NCBI RefSeq assembly: GCF_963921235.1
Contig: NC_086097.1
Coordinates: 168,270,001 to 168,334,000, forward strand
Length of the DNA: 64,000 nucleotides
DNA from: Mobula hypostoma
Taxonomy: Eukaryota
Direction of reading: 5' to 3'
Positions 37,660 through 50,680 of the stretch are shown here, piece by piece. Every line of letters begins with the position of its first letter. Positions within the stretch are counted from its first letter, which is position 1. The notes beneath the pieces were generated by a model, which had not been told where the DNA came from, ran no database searches, and saw only the letters and a program-made list of their open reading frames with translations. Both the position numbers and the translations under genes were made by a program.

Positions 37660-40600
37660 AAAAGTGAGTGATTGGGCCAGTGAAGGAATGGAGATTTGAG
37701 GCTTTGGCTCGAGAGGTTTTGGCAGTTGGATTGTGCAATCAAGTCAATCAAGATTTGAATAGCTCAAGACTCAGCACAAAGCAGTTGATTGGGCAATCAA
37801 AAATTGAAAAGCTCAAACAAATAAAAAGAAGGGTAGCTCAAGCAGAGCGACCAGTGAGTGAGTGGGCCAGTGAAGGAGTGGAGCTTTGAGGCTTTGACTC
37901 GAGAGGTTTTGGTGAGCAAAGGCTGAGGACGAGCTTGCTCCAGGTGAGGTAAGGCTGGGTAAGTTTCTTTAATTAATTTAATTAACTTGGGAGTTGGTAA
38001 TGGAGGCAGTAGAAAGGGCAGTCCAGTGCTCCAATTATAAGATGTGGGAAGTCAGGGACTACACCTGCAAAAAGTGCGTCCAGCTGCAGCTCCTGTTATG
38101 GTTGACTGTCAGAAAAGGGAAAGGGAATAGACAGAACGAGCAGAGCACCCCTGTGGCTGATCCCATCAACAATAAGTATACTGTTTTGGATACTGTTGGT
38201 GGGGACGACCTACCAGGGACAAGTTGTAGTGGTCGCGTCTCTGGCACCGAGACTGGACCCTCAGTTCAGAAAGGAAGGAGGGAAAAGAGGAGAACAGTAG
38301 TGATAGGGGATTCGATAGTTAGGGGGACAGATAAGAGGTTCTGTGGGAGAGATCGAGAATCCCGGATGGTCTGCTGCCTCCCTGGTGCCAGAGTCTGCGA
38401 TATCTCGGACTAAATTCTCGGTAATCTCAGGAGAGAGTGTGAGCAGCCAGATGTCGTGCTCCATGTGGAGACCAATGACATAGATAGGAGTAGGGATGAG
38501 GTCCTGAAGAATATAGGGAGTTAGGAAAGAAGTTAAAAAGCAGGACCTCAAGGGTGGTAATCTCGGGATTGCTGCCTGTGCCACGAGGCAGAGAGGGTAG
38601 GAACAGGAAGTTATGGCAGATGAATGCGTGGCTGAAGGGTTGGTGCAGGGGGCAGGGGTTCAGATTTCTGGATCATTGGGATCTCTTATGGGGAAGGTCT
38701 GACCTGTACAAAAAGGATGGGCTGCACCTGAACTGGAAAGGGACCAATATCCTGGCGGGCAGGTTTGCTAGAGCTGTTGGGGAGGGTTTAAACTAGCTTG
38801 GCGGGGGGGTGGGAATCAGAATGTGAGTGCAGAGATTAGAGTGGAAGGACAGGGGCATGATGCTATGTGTTCTGAGTTGGTGAGGAAGGACAGGCAGGGG
38901 ACAAAACATAAATGTAGCCAGTTAGAGGGGTTGAAATGTGTCTATTTCAATGCTAGGAGTATTAGGAGTAAAGGGGATGAACTTAGAGCATGGATCAGTA
39001 CATGGAACTATGATGTTGTGGCCATATTGAAACTTGGCTGGAGGAGGGGCAGGATTGGCTGATGCAGGTACCGGGGTTTAGGAGTGTTAAAAGGAATAGG
39101 ATGGGAGGTAGAAAAGGGTGGGGGGAGTAGCATTACTGGTCAGAGATAGTATCACGGCTATAGAAAGGGAGGACGCTTCAGAGGGAGTGTCCACTGAGTC
39201 GGTGTGGGTGGAAGTCAGAAATAGGAAGGGATCAATCACTGTGCTGGGAGTAGTCTATAGGCCCCCAAATAGCCCTTGGGACACCGAGGAGCAGATAAGC
39301 AGGCAGATTTTAGAATGGTGCAGGAAATACAGAGTTGTAATTATGGGTGATTTTAACTTCCCTCATATTGACTGGCACTTCCTGACTGCAAGGGGAATAG
39401 ATGGGGCTGAATTTGTCAGGTATGCTCAAGAAGGATTCCTGACACAGTACGTGGACTGGCCGACGAGAGGAGAGGCCATACTGGATCTAGTTCTGGGTAA
39501 TGAACCTGGTCAGGTGGCAGACCTCTTGGGGGAGCAATTTGGTGAGAGTGACCACAACTCCCTTAGCTTCAGCATAGCTATGGAAAAGGATAAAAACAGA
39601 CAAAATGGGAGAGTGCTAAACTGGGGAAGGGCTAACTATGAAGGGATGAGGCAGGAGATAGGAAAAGGGAACCGTGGATGACGAAACACGTGAGGCAACT
39701 CGTCAAGAGGAAGAAGGAAGCATATGTAAGAGGCAGGAAGCAGGAGGGGCTCATGAGAAATATAGGGTAGCCAGGAAGGAGCTTAAGAAACTACTTAGGA
39801 GAGCTCAAAGGGGGCATGAGAAGGCCTTGGCATGTATGATTAAGGAGAACCCCAAGGCATTCTATGTGGATGTGAAGAACAGAAGGTTGACAAGAATGAA
39901 GGTGGGGCTGCTAAAGGATACAGAAGGCAATTTATGCCTGGAGGCGGAGGAAGTTGGGGAGGTCCTAGAAAAGGACCTTGATCAGGGTGAGGTTGAAATA
40001 GAACAGGCCTGTGTGTTGGACAATGTGGAGATTAAGGAAGAAGTGTTGGATCTTCTTAAAAACATCAAGATTGATAAGTCCCCAGGGCCGGACGTGATAT
40101 ACCCCAGGTTGCTGTGGGAAGTGAGAGAAGAGATCGTTGGAGCAGTAGCTATGATCTTTGAATCCTCTTTGGCTACAGGGGAGGTGCCGGAGGTCTGGAA
40201 AATGGCAAATGTAGTTCCTTTGTTTGAAGAAGGTAATAGGGAGAATCCTGGGAACTATAGACTGCTGAGTCTTACGTTGGTGGTCTGCAAACTATTGGAA
40301 AGGATTCTTAAGGATAGGATCTACGAGCAATTGGAGAAGTACAGTCTACTCAAGGACAGTCAACATGGCTTTGTGAAGGGAAGGTTGTGCCTCACGAGCC
40401 TAATTGAGTCTTTTGAAGAGGTAACAAAAGAAATAGATGAGGGTAGGGTGGTAGATGTGGTCTACATGGATTTTAGCAAGGCATTTGACAAAGTCCCCCA
40501 CGAGAGACTCATCCAGAAAGTCATGAAGCATGGGATCAGTGAAACCTTGGCTGTTTGGATAAAAAATTGGCTTATAGGAAGAAAGCAGAGGGTAGTAGTG

Positions 40601-41620
40601 GAAGGAAAGTATTCTGCCTGGAGGTCAGTGACTAGTGGAGTGCTACAAAGATCTGTCCTGGGACCCCTGCTCTTTGTGATTTTTATAAATGACCTGGATG
40701 AAGAGGCAGAAGGATGGATAAGTAAATTTGCGGATGACACGAAGATTGGAGGAGTTGTGGATGGAGTTGTAGGTTGTCGAAGGTTACAAGAGGATATAGA
40801 CAGGATGCAGAGTTGGGCAGAAAAGTGGCAGATGGAGTTCAATCTGGATAAGTGTGAGGTGATGCATTTTGGAAGGACAAACCAGAAGGCTGAGTACAGG
40901 GTTAATGGTCGGTTACTTAAGAGTGTGGTTCAAATCCATACATCCCTCAAGGTCGCTGCACAGGTTGATAGGATAGTTAAGAAGGCCTGTGGGATGCTAG
41001 AGTTCATTAATAGGGGGATTGAGTTCAAGAGTAGAGGGGTCATGACTCTACAAATCTCTGGTGAGACCACACTTAAGAGTATGGTGTTCAGTTCTGGTCA
41101 CCTCATTATAGGAAGTATGTGAAAGATATGGAGAGGGTGCAGTGGAGATTTACCAGAATGTTGCCTGGATTGGAAAACAAGTCTTATGAGGCAAGGTTCG
41201 CAGAGCTGGAACTTTCCTCTTTGAAGCGTAGAAGGATGAGAGGAGACTTGATAGGGGTCTACAAGATTGAGAGGCATAGATAGGGTGGATAGCCAGTACC
41301 TGTTTCCCAGGGCATGAATAGCAAACACCAGAGGGCATATGTACAAAGTTAAGGGAGGGAAGTTTAGGGGAGACATCCGGGGTAAGTTTGTTTGTTTTTT
41401 TTTACACAGAGGGTTGTGGGTGCCTGGAATGACTTGCCAGGGATGGTGGTGGAGGCTAAAACATTAGGGGTATTTAACAGCCTCTTGGATAGGCACATGG
41501 ATGAAAGAAAAATAGAGTGTTACGGGGTAGCGTGGGTTTAGTACTTTTTTTTTCAGTAATATATGGGTCGGCACAACATGAGGGCCGAAGGGCCTGTACT
41601 GTGCTGTAGTATTCTAGTGT
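37660..41620 (+). mobile_element. Near full-length degraded CR1 LINE in AFG3L2 intron 12 (antisense to the gene)
   Basis: 5' UTR with a 190-bp-period repeat. ORF1: QCSNYKMW..TCKKC, VVIGDSIVRG, DGLHLN..VGEGLN*. ORF2: YFNARS, GDFN, KSPGPD, KFADDTK. Tail gggccgaagggcctgtactgtgctgta ends ~125 bp from exon 12. Confidence 0.93.
38784..38796 (+). promoter_or_regulatory. Putative -1 programmed ribosomal frameshift site at the CR1 ORF1 end
   Basis: G_GGT_TTA_AAC_TAG contains two overlapping X_XXY_YYZ heptamers in ORF1 phase. The -1 frame from 38793 is open into the ORF2 endonuclease. Confidence 0.55.
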
Positions 41621-41747
41621 CTAAAAATGAGAAATTGATTAAAGAAATGAGAAAATAAAATATAAAGCCACAAATTATAACCCACAGAAGGAAATCATTT
41701 GTACAAGTTGTATTAAATACCTTTCAAATCACAATATTTATGGATAC

Positions 41748-41873
41748 CTGTAAAGCCTGGAGTCAAAGCTGCTAGCTTCCTTGCCAAATTTTCTGCATCG
41801 ATAGATGATTCTAATTTTAAGGGACTGAGATGAACTTTAAATATCGAAGCTCTTCCTTTTATATCAGGCGGAC
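41748..41873 (-). CDS. AFG3L2: AFG3-like exon 12 equivalent (126 bp)
   Basis: Translated by hand: (G)[44 protein letters not shown] acceptor after a pyrimidine tract, donor GTATCC. Confidence 0.93.
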
Positions 41874-43066
41874 CTTAATAAAGGAGAAAAATTTAAACTT
41901 AAATTAATTTCAGGGAATGGAATAAAGGACATGTTGCACAATTTATATTCACAAACTGTTGTAAAGGGCACTAAAAACATACATTTGCTGATTATGTCCT
42001 GCAATCTCCAAGATCTGCATTGTTCTATAAATTGCACATTTAGACGGAGACGTAATGTAATTTTTTTTTATTCCTCATGTATGCGAAGGACTTAATAAAT
42101 AAAGTCAATTCAATTCTAATGCTGGCATAAACATTTCTGCTGAAATATGGTTTCTCTTTAAATGTACAAGCACCGCTACATGATCTGTCTTCCACTTTTC
42201 ACTACTGTAGAGCAAGCAGCTCAGTTATTGCACATTAATTCCTTTTACAGGAAGATGGTGTGTAAAACTCATTTCTTGTTATTCTAATTCTACAGAATGA
42301 ATTCAGAATTGAACGAGATATACGTGATACATACGTCCAGAAACTGGAGTTCACAAGGATACTGGGTTTAGCTTGCACGAGATCCAGAGTTCATTTTTGG
42401 ATTAATATTCTTTCCTCACAGAAACCTTTTCCACTCTTGCTTTGCACAGATCTGTGGGCATTCAACATCCTACCAGAATTCTATGTGACTATTATTCTTG
42501 TACAAGTTTATATGTGAAAGGTACTATTGGCAATATTGACATTGGCATATCAACCAACTGTTCTCACCAAAGTTCTAATTCAGCAAACCTCTTGGTATAG
42601 ATTATAAAATGATGTTGCTACATGAACATTAGTTCTGTCTCCACCCCTATCCCAATATTCCTTGCCATTAAAGTCAACAATAACCTCAGCCACAGCTCCA
42701 AATGAGATCAACTAACCCAGTGCAGATTGGAAATGGAACCCTGGATTTTAGTACTTACTGTATAGTAAAATTGACTTGAAGGAGGAGGAATTTTATTTTT
42801 ATTCAATTTATTTTCACTGCTGAGGTGTGTTGGAGATCTTAGTGCACTTAATTAAACACTGATTTAAGAAATAACTTGGAGGGCTGGGGCCTAGAGGAAA
42901 GTGGGCGGAAGGCAGGAAATTGAAACCAGCTGAGTGGGTGCTGTGGTGGGTATGGACTCACTAGACTGAAATGTCTGTAACTAACTGTATTGTATTGCTA
43001 TAGATCTCCAACTCTAAAATTTCAATGTCTATTACTTTCCATAACAAATAGTCACAGAATGCTTCA

Positions 43067-43267
<201 letters not shown>

Positions 43268-43469
43268 TTAAACACAGTCTGTAAGTCTCAAGGTCACTAG
43301 GACTCTTTCCGACTCAATCACAAAATACAGTTGAACCCAATAGGAAAGGCAGGAAGACCTTTAAGCACTCAGTTAAATTCAAAAATTCAGCTATATTCAA
43401 GCTTCACATTCATATCTGACAACTGTGTTTAAACGCCTAAATAGAAAACCGTTACAGATTAAGATACAA

Positions 43470-43790
43470 GAACCTAAGATACAGGAGCAGAATTAGGCCA
43501 TTTCATCATGGGTGATACAATTTTGCTTTCAGCCCCCAACTCCTGCCTTCTCCCAATATCCCTTCATGCCCTGACCAATCAAGAATCTACCAGCCTCTGC
43601 CTTAAATATATATAGACTTGGCCTCCACAGCTGCCTGTGCCAAAGAATTCCACAGATCCACCACTCTTTGGCTAAAGGAATTCGTCCTTATTTCCATTTT
43701 AAAAGGATGCCCTTCTATTCTGAGGCAGTATCCTCTGGTCTTAAGATTCTCCCGTCATAGGACATATCCTCTCCACATCCACTCAATTGC
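43470..43790 (-). mobile_element. CR1 3' tail fragment
   Basis: ggagcagaattaggcca tail and reverse RVVDLWNSL motif. Confidence 0.8.
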
Positions 43791-43871
43791 ATGGTCTGAA
43801 CATAGTGCTAAAATTACAAGGTTTAAAAAAAAATGCAGGTTTTCTTAAAACAGTGTTAAACTATTTGCATA

Positions 43872-44366
43872 CACTTAGTGGCCACTTTAAGTATACCTGC
43901 TCATAATTGCAAATATCTAATCAGCACTAGTGGCAGCAACACAATGCATAAAAGCATGCAGACATGGTCTGGGGGTCTGTTGTTGTTCAGACCAAACACA
44001 AGAATGGGGAAGAAACATGGATCTAAGTGACTTTGACCATGGAGTAATTGTTGATGCCAGATGGGATCGTTTAAGCATCTCAGAAACTGATGATCTGCTG
44101 GGATTTTCACACATTGCAGTCTTTAGAGCTTACAGTGAATAGTATGGAAAAGAAAAACATCCAGTGAGCAGCATTTCTGTGGGTGAAAATGACTTGTTAA
44201 TGAGAGGTCAGAGGAGAACTAGCAGACTGGTTCAAGCTAACAGGAAGGCAACACGTGTTACAACAGTGGTGAAATGCTTTGATCTGAATGCACAACACAT
44301 TGATCCTTGAAGTGGATAGCAGCAGAAGACCAAGAACTGGAGGTACCTGAAAGTGGCCACTGAGTG
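43872..44366 (+). mobile_element. Internally deleted Tc1-like DNA transposon
   Basis: TIRs ta|CACTTAGTGGCCACTTT ... AAAGTGGCCACTGAGTG|ca. HTH remnant DLSDFDHGVIVDAR..LSISETDDLLGFS. Confidence 0.85.
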
Positions 44367-44544
44367 CAAAGTCACAGTGTTTGGCATTCACTGAACACTG
44401 CCTGCACCCCAGTTCCACTCAGTTCCCCCAAAATCACAGCTTGTTCAAAATTTGTCATTATTTGAGTGATTGAACTGAGGGTGTTCACATCCATACTGAC
44501 AAGAATGAGCATTTCAGGCGATCATAATATGTCTAGAGTCAGCG

Positions 44545-47500
44545 TCTTAGAGAAGCACAGCACAGAAACAGGCCCTTTGGCACATCTACACCATGCCAAA
44601 ACCATTTACACCGCCTACTCCCATCGACCTGAATCAGGTCTATAGCCCTCATATCCCTACTATCTATGTACCTATCCAAACTTCCCTTAAAAGCTGAAAT
44701 CAAGCTCACATGCAACACTTGTGCTGGAAGCTCATTCCATACTCTCATGACCATCTGAGTGAAGAAGTTTCCCTTCATGTTCCCCTTAAATTTCACCTTT
44801 CACTCTTAGCCCACGACCTCTGGTTGTAGTCTCACTCAATCTCAGTGGAAAAAGCCTGCTTGCATTTACCCTATCTATACCCCTCATAATTTTGCACACC
44901 TCTGTCAAATCTCCTCTCAATCTTTTATGTTCTAAAGAATACAGTCCAAACTTATTCAATCTTCCCTTATAACTTAGGTCCTCCAGACCCAGCAACATAC
45001 TTGTGTAATGCCCTGCTAAGAGATTTACTACTATGCTGTAGGTATTTTATTTTAGCAGTTCTACAAGAGCAGTCTGTTCTGGTTTCCGGTTGTTTGGGTT
45101 TGAGCTGAGATAAGAGGTTTGTTGTTCAACTTAAGAATGTGGTATCAGCCAATCAGGATGGTAGAAGTGGGAGTAGATTCTAGAGAATGCTGGGTGGAGA
45201 GATCTTTGTTGGCAGGAGCTGGGAGAAGACAGGCGGGAAGATGGTGGAGGACGCCATCCCTGTTGCACAAGGTGCTTTGTGCAGATGAATGACTTTGAGG
45301 AGGAAGGACCAATAACCCTATGGGAGAGCCCGGTTTACGATCGATTTCGAGTGATCTTTGGAAGGTGGTGTGTGCTTTCACACAGACCGAGGGTCCAGTG
45401 CGCGATTTACAGACAAGGTCAAGGTTTGAGCTCCACCGTGAACATGTGACTGTTTAAGTATAATTGGCCCTTTTTGTTTTTTTTCTTTCTTTTCTTTAAT
45501 AACTACTTGCTTAAGTTAACATTCTTAAATATACTTCTGATTAACCATCCACAGTGTACGATTTGCTATTTCTTGCTGACTGGCAATTGCCGGGGCAGTA
45601 AATCACACAGCAGTCACACAAACTGGGGTTTGGGTGCGCGAAACATCTCAACCTCACAGATGTGGCAAGACCAAAGTCATGAACACCCTAAACGTACGAA
45701 GCCTGGGAAAGGTGGGTTTCTCGCCGTGGAATCTAGTGGCTGTTAGCAAAGGGCTAACAATCTGCATTTCCAGAGATGTGCAGTAAAAGGGGGTTTCACT
45801 TATAAATTTTCTCTGCACTCTTTCAACCTTGTTTACATCTTTCCTATAAGTAGGAAACCAAAAGTGCACACAATACTCCAAATTAGCCCTGACCAACGTC
45901 TTATACAACTTGAACATAACATGCTATCTTCTGTACTCAATACATTGACTTATGAAGGCCAATGCGCCAAAAGCTTTCTTTACTACTCTATCTACCTGTG
46001 ATGTCACTTACAATGAATTATGGACTTATATTCCCCAATCCTTTTGTTCTACCACATTCTTCAGGGCCGTACTCTTCACTGTGTAATACCTACCCTGGTT
46101 GGTTCTACCAAAGTGCAAAACATCACACTTGTCTGCATTAAATTCCATCTGCCATTTTTCAGCCCATTTTTCTAGCTGATGCAGATCCCTCTGTATGCCA
46201 TGATAGACTTCTTCACTGTCCACTTGGTGTCATCCTCAAATTTGCTGATCCGATCAATCACATTATCATCCAGATCATTGATATAGATGACAAACCACAA
46301 AGGATTCAGCACAAATCACTGCAGCACACAACTAATCACAGCCCTCCTGACAGAAAGGCAACCCTCTATTACCACTTTGGCTTCTCCCACAAAGCCAAAT
46401 GTCTAATCCAATTTACTATCTCATCCTGAACGCCAAGTGACTGAACTTTCTTGATCAACTTGCCATGCAGGACCTTGTCAAATACCTTACAACAGTCCAT
46501 GTAGATAATATCCAGTGCCTTGCCTTCATCTACTTTCTTGGTAACTACCTTGAAAAACTCTAAAAGATTGGTTAGACATGACCTACCATGCATGAAGCCA
46601 TGCTGACTATCCTTAATCAGTCCATGTCTATCCAAATATCTATATATCCGGTCGCTTAGAATACCGTCCAATAACTTTCCCCACAACTGATATCAGACTC
46701 ACTAGCCCATAATTTTCTGCTTTTATTTAGAGCCTTTTTAAACAGCAGAACAACATCGGCTATCCTCCAATCACCTGGTACCTCTCCTGCCACTAAGAAT
46801 GTTTTAAATATCTCTGCTAGGGCCCCAGCAATTTCTGCACACCTCCTGTAGGATCTGAGGGAACACCTGTCATGCCCCAGGAATTTATCCACCCTGATTT
46901 GCCTCAGGGTAGCAAATACCTCCTTCTCTGTAATCTGTACAGGGTCCATGAAGTTGATGTTGCTTTGCCTCACTTCTATAGACTCTTTATCCATCTCTCG
47001 AGTAAACACAAATGAAAAGAATGCATTTAAGACCTCTCCCATCACTTTTGGCTCCACACAAGAATTACCATTCTGGTCTTCCACAAGACTAATTTTATCC
47101 CTTGCAATCCTTTTGCTCTTAACGTATCCACCTAATCCCTTTAGATTCTCCTTCACCTTGTCTGATAGACCAACTTCATGCCTTCTTTTAGCCTTGATTT
47201 CTTTCTTAAGTGCTCTCTTGCATTTCTTCAACTCCATAAGCACTTTATTTGTTTGTACTTGCCTATACCTACTATGCACCTCTTTTTTTTCTCTTAACCA
47301 GGGGCTCAGTATCTTTTGAAAACCAAGGTTCCCTATACTTGTTACCTTTACCTGTTATTCTGACAGACATACAAGCTTTGTATTCTCAAAATTTCATTTT
47401 TGAAGGCCTCCCACTTTCCAAGTACACCTTTGCCAGAAAATAGCCTGTCCCAGTTCACACTTGCCAGACCATTTCTGATACCGTCAAAATTGGCTTTTTA

Positions 47501-47785
47501 GCAATTTAGAACCTCAACCCTCAGACCAGACCTATCTTTTTGTACATTTATTTTGAAACTAATGGCATTATGGTCACTGGATTCAAAGTGTTCTGTCACC
47601 TGTCCTGTCTCACTCCCTAACTGCAGATCCAGTATTGCACACTCTCCCATTGTGACTTTTATGTACTGATGAAGGAAACTTTCCTAAAAACATTTGACAA
47701 GCTCAATCCCATCTAGTCCTTTTACAGTATGGGATTCCCAGCCAATATGTGGAGAGTTAAAATCATCTATGATAACAACCTTATA
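44545..47785 (-). mobile_element. 5'-truncated CR1 ORF2 (sense to AFG3L2, intron 10), interrupted by a solo LTR
   Basis: SQHGFMHGRSCLTNLLEFF; EKWAEKWQMEFN; LEYCVHFW; RLRGDL. Tail at ~44550. Confidence 0.9.
45004..45798. mobile_element. Solo LTR (795 bp) inserted in CR1
   Basis: Termini TGTAA...TTTCA. 4-bp TSD cttg/ctta with one mismatch. Removing it restores the CR1 sequence gcaacatNcttNtaaattttctctgcac. Internal CCAATC box. Confidence 0.75.
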
Positions 47786-47884
47786 TATCATTTAACATGA
47801 TCATGGCTGATCTGACACAAACAAACAACCGCAAGGAAAAATGCAAGAATGAAAGTTGGGGCAGGTGCATAAAGAAAAATGAGG

Positions 47885-49000
47885 AATTTATTTAAGTTTA
47901 TTGTCATCCTTCTGTACATATAAACAATCAAATGGAAAAAAGTTTCGCTGGACCACAGTGCACCTACAAAATATATCAAAAACAGCACAAAACAAAACAT
48001 TACCATAAATGAGTTAACACAATTCAAATGCATGTAGTGCACAGCACAGGTAAATATTAAACAGCTCGCTCTCCTAGTGATGAGACCCTGTGGTTGCAGA
48101 GTATTAGTTTCTCAGTCTGAGGGAAGAAGCTGTTACCAAGTCTGGCAATCCTAGCTGATGCACGTGTGACTCCTTCTTGATAGTAGTCGGTCAAAGAGAT
48201 TGTAGGGTGAATGGTAGGGAGCTTTAACAATACTTTGGACCCTTTGTCTGCAATGCTCCTGGTAAGGGTCACAAATAGGGGAGGAGGAGCGATGATCTTC
48301 TCAGTGGTTTTAACCACCCTCTTTTGGGTCTAGCCATCCGATGCCTTGCAGTTTCCATACCACACAATGACGCAGCCAGACATGACACTATTAATGCTGC
48401 TCCTGCAGAAAATTGTTAGAATGGGGGCGGGGAGTCTTGAACACCTCAGTCTCCTCAGAAAGTGTAGATATTGCTGTGCCTTCTTGACTAATGAGGTGTT
48501 GTGGTTCCAGGTTAGGTTGTCCATTATGTGCACACCAAGGAACATTAGAATGAAGAGTGGTCGACCTGCGCTTTCCTCAAGTCGACAATCATCTCGTCTT
48601 GTCCATGTTAAGACTTGGGTTGTGGTTCTCACACCATCTGACAAGCCTCTCTACCCCCTCTCAGTATGGCGACCCATTATTGTTGTTGATGAGACACAGC
48701 GTAGTTCTATCATCAACAAATTTGATGATGTGGTTTGAGGTGGATCTAGCAGTGCAGTCATGAGACAGTGGCATGAACAGTAGTGGGTTGAGCACACTGC
48801 CCTGGGGGGCACCAGTATTCAGTGTGATGGAGTTTGAGATGTTGCTGCCAACTCGGACTGACTGGAGTCTTTCTCTCAAGAAGTCCAAGATTCAGCTACA
48901 GAGAGGGTTGTCTAGTCCCAAGAAGGACAGTTTACCCACCATCCCTCTGAGGGATGATCTGTTAAACACCAAGCTGAAGTTGACGAACAATATCCTGACA
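47885..49000 (-). mobile_element. Rex1/Babar LINE RT + 3' region
   Basis: DFLRERLQSVRVG..LNTGAPQGSVLNPLLF..IKFVDD; FLGVHI..LTW..KKAQQYLHFLRRL. Confidence 0.88.
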
Positions 49001-49289
49001 TCCAGTTAGTTGGAGTATTAGACTTTCTAAGCAAGAACCTCACCCTTTGAACACAATAGTATAGGTGGGAAAAACAGAAATGGTGGAGATTTTTTTCAAC
49101 TTATTCAGTAATTCTGTCATTAAACTGGTTGAGGGCAGAGAGCCTCCAAAAAGTTTGAAAAATCCTCTGAAGCAGCCATAAAATCTCTCCTGCATTTAGT
49201 GCATCAATAATCAAGCTTAAACATTTGTGCCTTGTTTTCTTTAAAAATGACATACATCAATTAAAAATGTGATGCATTTTAAAAAAAAA

Positions 49290-49590
49290 GGTGGCAGGGT
49301 GACACAGCTAGAGATGCTGCCTTACAGTGTCAGAAACTTCAGTTTAATCCAGGCCTCAGGCTGTACGCAGTTTGAATGGCTTAATGTGACTGAGTGGGTT
49401 TTCTCTGAATACTCGGGTTGTGTTCCACATTCTACAGACATGTAGGTTGTTATTCTAATGAATGCTCCTACCGTAAGGGTGAGTGCAGAGTTGATTAGAA
49501 TGTGGGGAAAATAATGGGATTAATATAGGGAAAGCATAAATGGGTAGCAGACTCAGTGAACTGAAGGGCCTTCTGCTGTGCTGTATCTCT
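49290..49590 (+). mobile_element. Degraded V-SINE (HE1-like)
   Basis: ggtggcagggtgacacag head, gtgactgagtgggtttt core, CR1-type tail gaagggcc..tgtgctgtatctct. A similar copy lies at ~61545-61830. Confidence 0.6.
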
Positions 49591-49923
49591 GTCTCTCTGC
49601 TTCCATGACCAATTAATTACAGCAGCTAACAGAATGTTTAGAATTCCAGAATTTGTTTCTAAACCTTGGGCAATGATTAATTGCACAAGTTATGTGCACT
49701 TCTTTAAATGTGCCGAAATAGGAAACCACAAACTGTGAAGTCAGAGAAACAGATTACACTCGCAGGGTTGCAACAGTGGCAATCAGTTGAAAGTGTATAT
49801 TTCCAAAGCAGAATAATTTGAAAATAAAAGCTTTACATTAATTTTGAACCAAAATGACATCCACCGAAGTCTCCTGGCTTTGGTTACACCACTATTTAAA
49901 GACTTAACAACAAGCAGATTTTA

Positions 49924-50082
<159 letters not shown>

Positions 50083-50319
50083 CTAGAAGGAAAGGTGCAG
50101 AATGCAAACCTGTTAGTTTTTTTATCTATCAATTTACAAAAAGGAAACGCATTGCCTTAAAACAATTCTCATGGTCTTTGGACACCCAAAAGCAAGAAAT
50201 ACCTTGAAGGTTAATCAATGTGGTCACACAAGAAACCTGAGAAACAATTTGCATGCAGCAAGCTTCCAAAGAGATATTTACAGAAAGGATACACTTAGGA
50301 GGAGATTTAGAAAGACATG

Positions 50320-50680
50320 GTAGAATGCAGAATGCAGCCCTAAGGAAAGGTTGGATAAGCTGGGGTTGTTCTGTTTGGAGCAGAGGATGCTGAGGGGACA
50401 CTTCATTGCGATGTACAAAATTATCAACAGCCTTGAACAAAAAGATAGGACAGACACATTTCCCTCAAAAGAGAGGGACCAGAAACCAGGGCAATATATG
50501 CAAAGTAAATAGGATTTAAGAGGTACCAAGGAACTGGGAGTCACTTCCTGAAAGGATGGTAGGAACAGAAACCTTTCTATTTAAATAGTGTTTGGAAATG
50601 TATAAGTAGGATTAATGATCTAGTGCTAGGAGAAAAGATTAGGCTGAAAAATACTTCTGTGACCACCGTAAACAATAGTT
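50320..50680 (+). mobile_element. Degraded CR1 3' fragment
   Basis: aggttggataagctggggttgttctgtttggagcagaggatgctgagggg (RLDKLGLF.LEQR). Confidence 0.7.
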
